Shown piece by piece: positions 39,095 to 49,141 of a DNA stretch of 64,000 bases. Positions within the stretch are counted from its first letter, which is position 1. The number at the start of each line of letters is the position of its first letter. The translations under genes were made by a program, and so were the position numbers. This DNA is from Alphaproteobacteria bacterium UBA1908 (lineage in GTDB: Bacteria; Pseudomonadota; Alphaproteobacteria; Caedimonadales; UBA1908): contig DDGG01000003.1 in assembly GCA_002337525.1 (NCBI GenBank), positions 5,450 through 69,449 on the forward strand, in the 5' to 3' direction. Below the pieces are notes generated by a model. It was not told the DNA's origin, did no database searches, and was given only the letters and a program-made list of their open reading frames with translations.

Positions 39095-40131
39095 GCTAAA
39101 TATCCCAAAAGTTCAACATTAATCTGGCGTGCTTCAAGATAGGATTTAACCTGTGAGCAGGTCTCTTTTTCGTGAGGCACTGTAATAACCAAAGTGCCAT
39201 AGGTCGAATGACCCAGGTGGTCAAGAGCTCCTCCTGCGATACTGACTGAAATGCCCAGTTCCTGCGCAAGGTCTGAAATGACAGGTTTTTGTGAGTTACG
39301 TCCTGAAAAAACAAGCCGAAAAGCAACTTCAGAAGTTTTTGATGAGGCATTTTCGGAAAGACGTTCTTTTATGATTTGTGGAACACGGCTGTTAAAAAGG
39401 GATTGAACATAATCACGCGTTAAGGCTGTTTTGGGAGAGGAGAAAACAGATTCAACATTGCCGGATTCAAGAATTTCTCCTTTTTCCATGACGGCAACAT
39501 GCGTACAAATGTCTCGTACAATTGACAGGTCATGAGTAATAAAGACAATCGTTAACCCAAGGGTCTGATTTAATGTCATTAAAAGTGATAGAATATCTTT
39601 AGATGTTTTTGGGTCCAATGCCGAGGTCGGTTCATCACAAAGAAGGACTTTTGTTTCAAGTGCAAGCGCTCTTGCAATGGCGACCCGCTGGGCTTGACCG
39701 CCACTTAACTGTGAAGGGTAAGCCTGTTCTTTTTCTGACAGGCCAACAATATTAAGGCACTTGCGGGCCTTGCTAAGAGATTCTTGTTGAGAATGTTTGA
39801 AGAATTCCAGAGGTAGGAGAACATTCTCCAGGGCTGTTCTTCTTTTAAGGAGCTGAAAGTTTTGAAAAATCATTCCCATGTCATGGCGTGCTTGGCGCAA
39901 GTCTTTTTGAGATAAGGACATTAAATCTTTTTTTTGGAAGAAAACGCGACCTGTATCAGCTCTTTCAAGTCCGTTAAGACACCGTAATAAAGTACTTTTG
40001 CCGGCACCACTTCGCCCAATGATACCATAGATTGATCCTTGAGGGATAGCAAGTGACACATCATTAAGTACTTTAGTTTTTTGGTGGTGAGATATAAATG
40101 TTTTTGAAAGAGAATCCACCTGAATAAACAT
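39091..40131 (-). CDS. metN: Methionine ABC transporter ATP-binding protein
   Basis: 346 aa. Walker A GRSGAGKST, LSGGQAQRVAIARAL, Walker B LLCDEPTSALD, and a C-terminal NIL domain. Confidence 0.92.
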   Translation of the reverse strand: MFIQVDSLSKTFISHHQKTKVLNDVSLAIPQGSIYGIIGRSGAGKSTLLRCLNGLERADTGRVFFQKKDLMSLSQKDLRQARHDMGMIFQNFQLLKRRTALENVLLPLEFFKHSQQESLSKARKCLNIVGLSEKEQAYPSQLSGGQAQRVAIARALALETKVLLCDEPTSALDPKTSKDILSLLMTLNQTLGLTIVFITHDLSIVRDICTHVAVMEKGEILESGNVESVFSSPKTALTRDYVQSLFNSRVPQIIKERLSENASSKTSEVAFRLVFSGRNSQKPVISDLAQELGISVSIAGGALDHLGHSTYGTLVITVPHEKETCSQVKSYLEARQINVELLGYLA

Positions 40132-40270
40132 AAATAAAGCCCTTACTTTTTAGGATAATGCCAAAAGATTTTCTTTCCCCTAATGACAAAAATAATGCGT
40201 GATTTTCTATAGTCCCTCTATAGAGAAAGAAAGATAAATTATATTGATCCAGGAAAGCATTCGCCAACAA

Positions 40271-42544
40271 CTATTTTGTCGTAAGGTGAAAAACGCCATC
40301 CCAGTCCCGAGCAGGAGGGGACTTTTTGAAGTATTCACAGCGTTCAATATACATTTTAGCAACAGGGTCACCTGATTTTTTCTCAAGAACTTCTTTATAC
40401 AGCTTTATGGCATCATCCCAGTTCTGATTCAAGTAGGATTGAAATGCATATTGCGTTAATTGACTCCATTCTCGCTCAAGGGCCGTTGCAGCAAAATCAG
40501 GGTCGTCTGAAAGTTTTGCAATGAGTTCGTAAATGCGAATACCTTTTTCGCGCCCTTTGACGGCAACAATATCGAGCGGACGGCATAAATAAAGGTCCAT
40601 AATTTCTTGATGGACAGATTCACTGACAATAATTTCTGTTTTATAAATTTTATTTGCGCCTTCAAGACGCGATGCCAGATTTACACTATCACCAATAACG
40701 GTGTAATTCATACGGTCATCAGATCCTACATTACCTACAATTACTTCACCGTAATGAAGGCCAAATCGAGTTGGGAAGGGAACTTTTCCTTTTTTAGTCC
40801 AGTCTTCATTAAGAATTTTCAGTCGTCTTGAACATGTTAAGGCAGCCTGGCAGGCGTTAATAACCAGACGGGAATCTTCTTCAGGGGCTCCCCAAAAAGC
40901 CATGATTGCATCCCCAATGTATTTATCAATAGTACCTTTATGATCCAGAATAATACCACTCATGGCACTTAAGTAATCAGAAAGGTGATTCATCAAACTG
41001 TCCGAGTCCATGCTTTCTGAAATTGATGTGAAGCTTTCAATGTCAGTAAACATAATAGCCAGATTGCGGCGTTCTCCCCCTAATTTGGCTTCAACACCTG
41101 ACTGGATAAGAGACCTGACAAGGGCTTTTGGAACAAACTTGCTAAAGGAGGCAAGGCCTTCTTTCATAAGGGAGAGAGCTTCTTCTATATCTGCAATTTC
41201 TTCCAAAGAGGACTTTGACATTTCTTCGTGTTCAATATCCAGGTCTCGAATACGCCGCATTTGAACAGCGAGTGTTTCAATAGGGTAAGATATTTTATGA
41301 GAGAAAATGACCAATACAATTGTTGCCAGAATCAGAATAAAGATAGAAATTAGCATGACATCACGACTTGTTTCGCGAATTGGTCCCACAAAATCATCGG
41401 ATGGCGCAATCATTCCCAGGATCCATCCTTGAGAGAAATTCCCAATAAAATTAGAAAAATAGGCAATATATTCTATGTCATCATAAATATAGGTGAATTG
41501 GGGTGTTTTTTTAGAATGGTAAATTTCGTAGGCCTTGGCCAAATTGCCTTCCTCATGAAGGTCTGTGATTTTTGCGAGTCGGATATTGGTTATACTTTTA
41601 TCGTTTTGGTTAGAGTCATCCGAGATAAAAATCTTTTCATAATCAGGGAAAGCAACTAATTCTCCTGATTTATTCAGAATAAAGTTTAATCCAGATCGGC
41701 TGGCTTTCTGACGTGCCAGAAGATAAGAGATACTTTCAATGGAAATATCACAGGAAATAGCCCCATAGAAATTGCCTTCGCTATCAAAAATTGGCGTGGA
41801 CGCTGTTAATGTGAAACGGCGAGCAAACCAATCCGGGTAAATATCAGACCAATTTGGTTTTTTAAGCTTCTTGGTTCTGATATACCAATCCCTTTCTCTG
41901 TTATCATATTGAAGCTCTTTGGGAATAGAGGGGCGATATTCGCGGTCCAGTTCATGACCATCTTTGTCAAGGTATGCGCGATATTCAACATAGGTGGGAC
42001 CAGAATTTGAAATTACTTCCAGAACAAAAGTACTTCCATGCGGTAAGGGTTTGTCAGGAATATAGCTGAATACCCTTTTTTCTGGTAAGGGGGCAACAGA
42101 AACAAAATTGCCGTGCTCATCAGAAGCCATAAATAAAGTACTTTGTGGTAGGGACTGAAGGGAACCAATTAAAAAATTGCGTAAGACCTGGCTTTCAAGA
42201 ATAGACCCTGCATAATCTTTTTTTACCCAGGCCCCTATTGATGTCAGGGACATGGCGGGTTCAAAATAGCGGGACGCATCGTCCATAATTGTTTTTTGGG
42301 TTTTATTAATAAGATCGAGCGATGTAATTTCCATTACAGACTCAATATTAAAATGAGTGTATGTTGTTGTAAAAATTGTTGAAAGAGAGAGCATCCCAAC
42401 AAAAACACTTAAAATAGCAAAACGAATCTTACGTTTTCTATTGATGAACCTGGAAAAAATATTTTTCTTTTTTGTTTCTGTGCTCAATGTTAAAAAAACC
42501 TTTTTGGTTTTTAGAGTTAACTCCCTAATAAAGCAGTGTAGCAC
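40271..42544 (-). CDS. Membrane-bound class III adenylate/guanylate cyclase with Cache-like sensor, HAMP and a C-terminal helical (TPR-like) domain
   Basis: 757 aa. Periplasmic Cache-like region between two TMs. CYC domain motifs LAIMFTDIESFT, KYIGDAIMAFWGAP and GDSVNLASRLEG. Confidence 0.85.
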   Translation of the reverse strand: MLHCFIRELTLKTKKVFLTLSTETKKKNIFSRFINRKRKIRFAILSVFVGMLSLSTIFTTTYTHFNIESVMEITSLDLINKTQKTIMDDASRYFEPAMSLTSIGAWVKKDYAGSILESQVLRNFLIGSLQSLPQSTLFMASDEHGNFVSVAPLPEKRVFSYIPDKPLPHGSTFVLEVISNSGPTYVEYRAYLDKDGHELDREYRPSIPKELQYDNRERDWYIRTKKLKKPNWSDIYPDWFARRFTLTASTPIFDSEGNFYGAISCDISIESISYLLARQKASRSGLNFILNKSGELVAFPDYEKIFISDDSNQNDKSITNIRLAKITDLHEEGNLAKAYEIYHSKKTPQFTYIYDDIEYIAYFSNFIGNFSQGWILGMIAPSDDFVGPIRETSRDVMLISIFILILATIVLVIFSHKISYPIETLAVQMRRIRDLDIEHEEMSKSSLEEIADIEEALSLMKEGLASFSKFVPKALVRSLIQSGVEAKLGGERRNLAIMFTDIESFTSISESMDSDSLMNHLSDYLSAMSGIILDHKGTIDKYIGDAIMAFWGAPEEDSRLVINACQAALTCSRRLKILNEDWTKKGKVPFPTRFGLHYGEVIVGNVGSDDRMNYTVIGDSVNLASRLEGANKIYKTEIIVSESVHQEIMDLYLCRPLDIVAVKGREKGIRIYELIAKLSDDPDFAATALEREWSQLTQYAFQSYLNQNWDDAIKLYKEVLEKKSGDPVAKMYIERCEYFKKSPPARDWDGVFHLTTK

Positions 42545-42645
42545 AGAGAAAATTCTTGAAAAAGAAAGAAGGTTAGGAAAAATATTTTTTTAGATTTTTT
42601 TTCTGTATATTCAAAGAAATGGACAGGTGTACTCATAACAACAGG

Positions 42646-42688
42646 GAGAGAAGAGGCTCTCCTTTAAAGACAGAAGAGCCTCTCTCTT
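42646..42688 (-). terminator. Stem-loop between the arn operon end and the cyclase gene
   Basis: 9 bp perfect AGAGGCTCT/AGAGCCTCT, extendable to about 14 bp with a 1-nt bulge, 12 nt past the arnA-like stop. The T-run is only moderate. Confidence 0.5.
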
Positions 42689-42699
42689 TTGTTCCTGTA

Positions 42700-43752
42700 T
42701 TAGGCTGCGTCTTCTATTTCTGCTGCGTGAGAGCGATCACTTAAATGGTAATCAAGCGTCTTTTTTAAAGCTTCCTGAAGAGAAATCTTTGGTTCCCACC
42801 CTAGATATTTGCGAGCATTTTCGATAGAAGGCACCCGATAACCAAGGTCTTGATATCCTTGACCGTAATAATTACCTGATTCAACTGATTTAATGACAAC
42901 TTTTTCTGCTTTTTCACGGTAGTCTGGATAGGTTTTAACCTGATCAACAATCATATGAGCAAGCTCGATGATCGAGAAATCATTTTTAGGATTGCCAATG
43001 TTAAAAATTCGACGACTAGCTTGACCATCCTTGTTCTCAATAATCTTTAAAAGCGCGTCAATACCATCATCAATACAGGTAAATGAGCGTCGTTGTTGTC
43101 CTCCGTCAACAAGAGAAATCTCACCGTGGTATAAAATGTTACTGATAAACTGAGTCACAACCCGCGAGTTGCCCTCTTTTGCGTCATTAATACGATCCAG
43201 TTTTGGCCCCAGCCAGTTAAAAGGGCGAAAAAGAGTGTAGTCCAGACCATGTTGATCTCCATACGCATAAATAACCCGGTCAAGCATTTGTTTGGCACAG
43301 GAATAAATCCAGCGTTGTTTGTGAATTGGCCCCAGGACAAGATTTGTATTTTCTTCGTTGAACTCTTCTTCTGAGCTCATCCCGTAAACCTCTGATGTCG
43401 AGGGAAACAAGATGCGCTTGTTATAAAAAACGCATTGGCGCACAATTTCCAGGTTGGCTTCGAAATCAAGTTCAAAAACACGAAGAGGCTCCTTGACATA
43501 GAGAGCAGGGTTGGCAATGGCAACGAGAGGAAGAACAACATCACATTTCTTGATATGATATTCTACCCACTCTTTATTAATCGTGATATCCCCTTCAACA
43601 AAATGGAAACGGGAATTACCAAGGCTCGCTTCCAGTTTGTCAGAAGACATATCCATGCCATAGACTTCCCAGTTTGTTTTTTTAAGAATGCTTTCGGTGA
43701 GGCTGTTTCCAATAAAACCATTGACACCTAGAATTAGAACTTTGAGTGACAT
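42700..43752 (-). CDS. arnA: UDP-glucuronic acid oxidative decarboxylase, equivalent to the ArnA C-terminal domain only
   Basis: 350 aa. VLILGVNGFIGNSLTE...FHFVEGDITINKEWVEYHIKKCDVVLPLVAIA...PLRVFELDFE...FPSTSEVYGM closely parallels the E. coli ArnA dehydrogenase domain. No formyltransferase domain is present. Confidence 0.88.
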   Translation of the reverse strand: MSLKVLILGVNGFIGNSLTESILKKTNWEVYGMDMSSDKLEASLGNSRFHFVEGDITINKEWVEYHIKKCDVVLPLVAIANPALYVKEPLRVFELDFEANLEIVRQCVFYNKRILFPSTSEVYGMSSEEEFNEENTNLVLGPIHKQRWIYSCAKQMLDRVIYAYGDQHGLDYTLFRPFNWLGPKLDRINDAKEGNSRVVTQFISNILYHGEISLVDGGQQRRSFTCIDDGIDALLKIIENKDGQASRRIFNIGNPKNDFSIIELAHMIVDQVKTYPDYREKAEKVVIKSVESGNYYGQGYQDLGYRVPSIENARKYLGWEPKISLQEALKKTLDYHLSDRSHAAEIEDAA

Positions 43753-44798
43753 TAAAGGCTCCTTTTAAGAGGTTTTTTTTGACTTATATCTTTGGACTTA
43801 GCACGCTTTAAGGGTGCTTTACGACTTTTTTTCTCAATTTTATCTTCAGGATTTTTTTCCAGAATATCTCGAATCAGAAAACGTGGACGATGACGGACAA
43901 CCTGATATATACGGCCGACATATTCGCCGACAATACCAATACCCGTAATGGCAACGCTGATAAGGAAAAAGAGAATGGCAAAAAGTGTGAAAAGCCCCTC
44001 TGCTTCGGGGCCGACAATCAAACGGCGTGCAAAAAGGTAAGCGACAAGAAGGCCACTCAGTCCCGACACCAAGAAGCCAAAAACAGTAAAAACGTGAAGA
44101 GGTGCCATCGAAAAACCTGTAAAGAGATCAAAAGTGACCCGCACAAGTTTATAAAGGTCATATTTAGAGTCACCCTCTTCTCGTGCTACGTGTTTGATTG
44201 GGATTTCAACCGGGTTGCTGGCAAACGTATATCCAAGGACTGTAACAAAGGTTGAAGATTCATCACACTGAGTGATGAGATCAACGACTCGGCGGCTATA
44301 GGCTCTGAACATACACCCCTGGTCTTTGATACGAATTCCCGTTGCAAGACCACGTAAACGATTCATAATAAGGGAAGGAAGGCTTCTTAAGATAAAAGAA
44401 TCATCTCGCCCATCTCGATAGCTACCGACGTAATCATGCCCTTCCTCGTATTTCTCTAAAAGCTTTGGGATTTCCTCGGGTGGATTTTGCATGTCAGCAT
44501 CCATATTCACAATGACTTGACCCCGGACACGCTCGAAAGCTGCCATAATCGCCATATGTTGGCCAAAATTTCCGTTAAATTCAATAACACGAATTTGGTC
44601 GGGGCGGCGATTGTGGAATTCTTTCAAAATGTCACTAGAGTTATCTTTGCTGCCATCATTGGTGAAAATAATTTCAAAAGGTTTTCCAATATTATCACAA
44701 ACTTTTGTCAGGCGCTTGTATAAGCTTTCAAGGCAATCTTCTTCATTATAAACAGGAACTACGACCGAAAGATAAAGTTCATTTTCTGCAGCTGACAT
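43752..44798 (-). CDS. arnC: Undecaprenyl-phosphate aminoarabinose transferase-like GT2 glycosyltransferase
   Basis: 348 aa. GT2 core (SVVVPVYNEE...DADMQNPPEEI), two C-terminal TMs, and a Lys-rich tail. Confidence 0.82.
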   Translation of the reverse strand: MSAAENELYLSVVVPVYNEEDCLESLYKRLTKVCDNIGKPFEIIFTNDGSKDNSSDILKEFHNRRPDQIRVIEFNGNFGQHMAIMAAFERVRGQVIVNMDADMQNPPEEIPKLLEKYEEGHDYVGSYRDGRDDSFILRSLPSLIMNRLRGLATGIRIKDQGCMFRAYSRRVVDLITQCDESSTFVTVLGYTFASNPVEIPIKHVAREEGDSKYDLYKLVRVTFDLFTGFSMAPLHVFTVFGFLVSGLSGLLVAYLFARRLIVGPEAEGLFTLFAILFFLISVAITGIGIVGEYVGRIYQVVRHRPRFLIRDILEKNPEDKIEKKSRKAPLKRAKSKDISQKKPLKRSL

Positions 44799-44799
44799 T

Positions 44800-45993
44800 T
44801 TACGCCCTTTGAATAATTGTTTTCATGGTATCAATAACACGGTTTTGAGTATCAGGTGTCATACTGGCCCATAAGGGGAGACTCATAATTCGATTTCCTG
44901 CAGACTCTGCATGAGGAAAATCTCCAGACTTAAAGCCCCAGGTTTTCTGATAATAGGAAAAAAGATGAACCGCGGGATAATGGATGCCAAGACCAATATT
45001 GGCTTCCTTCATTTTTGTCACAAACGTGTCTCGATCAAGGCCTGCTTTTTCTGGATGAATCACAGGAGTGAAGATATGCCATGCATGGTCATGATCATAG
45101 TCTGGTATGGCGGGTAGTGAAAAAGCTTCTAAATCTTTTAACAAGGTACGGTATCGCTCAACATGTTGACGTCGTGCCTGGCAAAACCCCTCCAGTTTTG
45201 GAAGTTGAGCCAGTCCAATGGCAGCCTGCAAGTCAGACATATTGGCTTTATAGCCTGCTTCTACGACATCGAAAATTTGAGATCCTTTCTTTGTATACCG
45301 GTTCCAGGCATCTCGATCAATGCCATGAAAGCGCAAGCGGTTCAGGCGTTTTGCTAAATCATCATCATGGGTAACAACACAGCCTCCTTCGGCGGTTGTC
45401 ATATTTTTACAGGGATGAAAGCTGAAAACTTGTGTGTCTCCAAAGCTGCCAATTGCCCGGTTTTTATAACGAGCTCCTACCGCGTGGGCTGCATCTTCCA
45501 GAACGCGCAAGCCCCGGCGATGGGCAATTTCATACAAAGGGTCCAGATCGACAGGAAGCCCTGCAAAGTGAACGGGTAGAAGAACTTTGGTGCGAGGTGT
45601 AATGGCATCTTCCAGGCGTGAAACATCCATGTTTAGCGTTTTTGGGTCAATGTCAACCATGATGGGCCGAGCCCCTGTATGGACAATGGCATTAACGCTG
45701 GAAATAAAGGTAAGAGGCGTTGTAATAACTTCATCTCCCTCCTTAACATCCATCGCCAGGAGAGATAGATGAAGACCTGCTGTTGCAGATGTTAACAAAG
45801 CGGCATAAGGCGCGTGGCAGGTTTCTTTGAAAGCGGTTTCCAAAGCCTGAACGCGAGGTCCTGTTGCGATCCATCCTGATTTTAAGCAGTCAACGGCAGC
45901 TGCAATTTCTTCATCGCCAATATCAGGACGAGTAAAGGGAAGAAATTCATCCTGATGAAAGGTTGGTTTGTGAAGGCTAGCTTTTTGAGACAA
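44800..45993 (-). CDS. arnB: UDP-4-amino-4-deoxy-L-arabinose aminotransferase (DegT/DnrJ/EryC1 family)
   Basis: 397 aa. PLP-aminotransferase fold with FSFHPCKNMTTAEGG (the PLP lysine). Called in operon context. Confidence 0.85.
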   Translation of the reverse strand: MSQKASLHKPTFHQDEFLPFTRPDIGDEEIAAAVDCLKSGWIATGPRVQALETAFKETCHAPYAALLTSATAGLHLSLLAMDVKEGDEVITTPLTFISSVNAIVHTGARPIMVDIDPKTLNMDVSRLEDAITPRTKVLLPVHFAGLPVDLDPLYEIAHRRGLRVLEDAAHAVGARYKNRAIGSFGDTQVFSFHPCKNMTTAEGGCVVTHDDDLAKRLNRLRFHGIDRDAWNRYTKKGSQIFDVVEAGYKANMSDLQAAIGLAQLPKLEGFCQARRQHVERYRTLLKDLEAFSLPAIPDYDHDHAWHIFTPVIHPEKAGLDRDTFVTKMKEANIGLGIHYPAVHLFSYYQKTWGFKSGDFPHAESAGNRIMSLPLWASMTPDTQNRVIDTMKTIIQRA

Positions 45994-46351
45994 GGTAAAC
46001 CCCCCCTAAAATAACAATAATTCCCAGGATGCGTGTTGCTGACAAGTTTTCTTGCAGAAACCAGTATCCTGCCAGGGCTGTAAAGACGTATCCCAGACTT
46101 GATAGAGGATAGGCATAGCTGACATCAACACGTGATAAGGCCATCATCCAGAATCCTACACTTAGGACATAAAGGAAGAGACCTCCAATAATGGCTGGGT
46201 TCTGGGCAATCTTTAAAAATATAGGCCAGAAGTTTTGTAGAATAAAATCAAAATGCCCAATTGATTTCATCCCGACTTTTAGCAAAATTTGTGCGGCTGT
46301 ATTAAGCAGGACACAAAAAATAATCAGAGGCAAATAATGAAGGGCAGACAT
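45977..46351 (-). CDS. SMR/EamA-like 4-TM protein (ArnE/ArnF-type flippase subunit)
   Basis: 124 aa with four TMs, located between arnT and arnB. Confidence 0.7.
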   Translation of the reverse strand: MSALHYLPLIIFCVLLNTAAQILLKVGMKSIGHFDFILQNFWPIFLKIAQNPAIIGGLFLYVLSVGFWMMALSRVDVSYAYPLSSLGYVFTALAGYWFLQENLSATRILGIIVILGGVYLVSKS

Positions 46352-46355
46352 CTGG

Positions 46356-47999
46356 CTATGAACTCGTTTCTGCTTTTAAAAGCACATCGTTATGGCTTTG
46401 GGAAAGAATCTCTGTTCTGTATAACCCAAGCAGGTTTAGATCGTCCAGAAATTCCTTGCGTGTTACGATAAAAAAGCGACCTTCTTTTTGAGCAAGCGCT
46501 GCAAATTCCTGTCGTGTCATCATCCAGGAGGAGGTGTCTTCGATGCTCATGCCAAATTCCAGCTCTCCTTTCCAGTCTGTAACAATAATTTTTTCTCCTA
46601 CATAGGGAGGAAGATCCTGGTAGTATCTTCCAAACGCAACAATCTTGTCACCTGGTTGCTTTAGACGATTGATTTCAAGGGCCAGATTTTTGACAGAGCG
46701 ATGATCCAGCAAAGGCCAGGCACTGTTCAAAGTGACCAGTACAACAAGGCTGGTGATCATAATACCACCGAAGGTATGCCTCATATCGTACCGTTTCCAG
46801 AAAACATAGACAGATCCCATTAAAAGGGCAACGATAAGAGTAATCCAGTAGGGTTGTAAGGCTGTATTCATGAAAAGATTCTGATGCCAGAGAGCGACAG
46901 GGATGCCTAAACCTAGAACACAGGCCATAAGAATGAAAGAAAGCCACGGTGTGGGGTGTCTGCTGTCAAAAAGATCATCCAGTGTGCGTCCCATTAAGAC
47001 TGAAACTAAAGGGAAGACAGGAAGGATATAAGGAATTAATTTTGAGCTGGAGAGAGAGTAAAACAAGAAAATGACTCCCGCAGAAAGGAGTAGAAAAAAG
47101 GCTTCACGTTCGCGATCCAGGGATCGCCGAAGAGATCTGAAAGTTGAAGAAAGTGTCCTTAAGAATAAACCTGTCCAGGGAAAAAGCCCCAATAATAATA
47201 TAGGAATAAAAAACCAGACAGGCTGATAACGGCTGTGAGTTGTCGTTAAGAAACGTTCAAAGTGTTCATGTATAAAGTAAAACTGAAAAAATTCAGGATT
47301 TTTTAGGCTTACAGCAATATGCCAGGGAACAGCTATCAGAAAAAAGATCTCAATACCCCAGTGTTTAAAAGCCAGTTTCAGACTCCTCCAATCCTGACGC
47401 AAACAACACCACAATAATATAGAGGCTCCCGGCAGGACAGCACCGATTAATCCTTTTGTCAGGACGGCCAATGCGGCACATAAAAAAAACAGAAAAAGAT
47501 AGAAACGTTGATAAGAGGGCGCGCGTTCCCGGGTGGCAAGAAGAAAATTAAAGAGAGACCCTACAATAAAAGTTGAAACAGCCATATCAAGAATCAAAAT
47601 ACGGGTATGGGCATAAAAAAGAAGGCTTGTTGCCAGAATCCCGGATCCCAGAAGACCGGCTCGTCGACCATAAAGAAGACGGCCTGTCCCGTAAACCATC
47701 AAACATGTCAGGAGTCCCAAAAAGGCCGGCCAAAACCGTAAAGCCCACTCATTGACACCAAAAGCTTTTATGGAACTACTTGTGAGCCAGTACATTAAAG
47801 GAGGCTTCTCAAAATATTTGACCCCGTTCAAGCGAGGGGTAATAAAATCTCCTGAAGCTACCATTTCCCGGGGAATTTCTGTATAGCGGCCTTCATCTGG
47901 TGCTGACAAGGGCCTTGAACCTAACATAAAGGTAAAAAGAGACCCAATGGTTAGAATCAAAAGAAAAACATCTTTTAAGGCAGATCGCCGTGACAACAT
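46356..47999 (-). CDS. arnT: Lipid A 4-amino-4-deoxy-L-arabinose transferase-like glycosyltransferase (GT39/GT83, PMT_2)
   Basis: 547 aa, polytopic. N-terminal PDEGRYTEIPREM and KYFEKPPLMYW motifs typical of ArnT. Confidence 0.85.
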   Translation of the reverse strand: MLSRRSALKDVFLLILTIGSLFTFMLGSRPLSAPDEGRYTEIPREMVASGDFITPRLNGVKYFEKPPLMYWLTSSSIKAFGVNEWALRFWPAFLGLLTCLMVYGTGRLLYGRRAGLLGSGILATSLLFYAHTRILILDMAVSTFIVGSLFNFLLATRERAPSYQRFYLFLFFLCAALAVLTKGLIGAVLPGASILLWCCLRQDWRSLKLAFKHWGIEIFFLIAVPWHIAVSLKNPEFFQFYFIHEHFERFLTTTHSRYQPVWFFIPILLLGLFPWTGLFLRTLSSTFRSLRRSLDREREAFFLLLSAGVIFLFYSLSSSKLIPYILPVFPLVSVLMGRTLDDLFDSRHPTPWLSFILMACVLGLGIPVALWHQNLFMNTALQPYWITLIVALLMGSVYVFWKRYDMRHTFGGIMITSLVVLVTLNSAWPLLDHRSVKNLALEINRLKQPGDKIVAFGRYYQDLPPYVGEKIIVTDWKGELEFGMSIEDTSSWMMTRQEFAALAQKEGRFFIVTRKEFLDDLNLLGLYRTEILSQSHNDVLLKAETSS

Positions 48000-48116
48000 A
48001 TGTTAAAAAATATAAGGAACCATGGCGAAACATAGTCAAATTCATTAAAAATGTCAACCATTTCTATGTTAATATGATTTATTAAATGTAATTAAAAGGA
48101 GTAAAAAGAAATAAAG

Positions 48117-48389
48117 ATGAGCATTAATATTGTTATGTATACAAAAAACATTTGTCCCTATTGTGCAATGGCGAAACATCTTCTTGATGAAAAGGAACTT
48201 TCTTTTACCGAGAAAAATGCGGAACACGCTGATATCTTTGAGGAAATGATGTTGAAATCTGAAGGACGTCGTACTGTTCCCCAGATTTTTATTAATGATA
48301 AGCCTATCGGAGGGTTTGATGATTTAAATGCCCTGAACAGGTCAGGTGAGCTAGATCGCCTTATTAAAGAAGCGGGTTTTTCTTCCTAA
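48117..48389 (+). CDS. grxC: Glutaredoxin
   Basis: 90 aa. CPYC active site and the TVPQIFI...IGGFDDL motif. Confidence 0.92.
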   Translation: MSINIVMYTKNICPYCAMAKHLLDEKELSFTEKNAEHADIFEEMMLKSEGRRTVPQIFINDKPIGGFDDLNALNRSGELDRLIKEAGFSS

Positions 48390-49141
48390 TATCCCCAACC
48401 ATCAGCTTCTGTTTTTTCAGGATGCAGGGCAAGATACCCTGCACAGGAAAAGTGCGCGTAATGAGCCACTAAATTTTGAGAGGTGGACCATTTTAGCCGG
48501 TGACGATGGGGAGTGTCTGACTTTGCAGTATAGGGAAAATCAGCAAATCGAAGAGTTCTGGATTCATTGATTTTTTCGCCTGTGCCCTGAGGATTTTTAC
48601 CAGTTTCTCCTCGGCTGACAAGGACGACAGCAAGGGTTTCTGATGCAGGTAAATCCAGGAGATGATCAGCGGATGTTAGCAAGGTGATCTCTTTTGAGTG
48701 TGCGCTGCAGAAGTGTTTGACTTTATCACTATCTGATTCGGGAGGCGTTGTTAAAACCGGGTCAACACTATAGATAAAAAAATGTCCCCATCCATCTTTG
48801 ACATGCGATGAAGCCAGTCCAAGAGTTTCATACGGTACAGTCCCTATTGCTTTTGCTCCAGAGCATTTATGAGGAGCTTTTCCCGGGTGGTCAGAAAAGC
48901 CGGGACAGGGCAAGTGGCCATGGGTCAAGGCATAGTTGGCAAGGCTTGAAAGAATCCGTTCTTGATGAGAGGATGTTTTTATGACGCGATTATGTTTGCG
49001 TTGCTCTGTCAGATAGGGAAGCACAGCGGCTCCAATTACCCCCATTATTGCCAGGGCAATAGAGGCTTCCAACAGGGAGAAACCTGAATCTTCACCTCCT
49101 TTTTGTGAGAGTTTTTTTAAAACTGAAAATAGAGAACGCAT
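48386..49141 (-). CDS. Prepilin-type N-terminal cleavage/methylation domain protein (minor pilin/pseudopilin)
   Basis: 251 aa. Leader MRSLFSVLKKLSQKGGEDSG / FSLLEASIALAIMGVIGAAVL, with G at -1, F at +1 and E at +5. Confidence 0.8.
   Translation of the reverse strand: MRSLFSVLKKLSQKGGEDSGFSLLEASIALAIMGVIGAAVLPYLTEQRKHNRVIKTSSHQERILSSLANYALTHGHLPCPGFSDHPGKAPHKCSGAKAIGTVPYETLGLASSHVKDGWGHFFIYSVDPVLTTPPESDSDKVKHFCSAHSKEITLLTSADHLLDLPASETLAVVLVSRGETGKNPQGTGEKINESRTLRFADFPYTAKSDTPHRHRLKWSTSQNLVAHYAHFSCAGYLALHPEKTEADGWGY

Noticed and set aside
40132-40270. I looked for a SAM-II/SAM-V or other methionine-responsive riboswitch in the metNIQ leader. I noted the 10-bp perfect palindrome CTCTATAGAG.
   Set aside because: I could not find the conserved SAM-II/V pseudoknot elements by eye, and the palindrome alone is insufficient. 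An Infernal scan would be needed before any claim.
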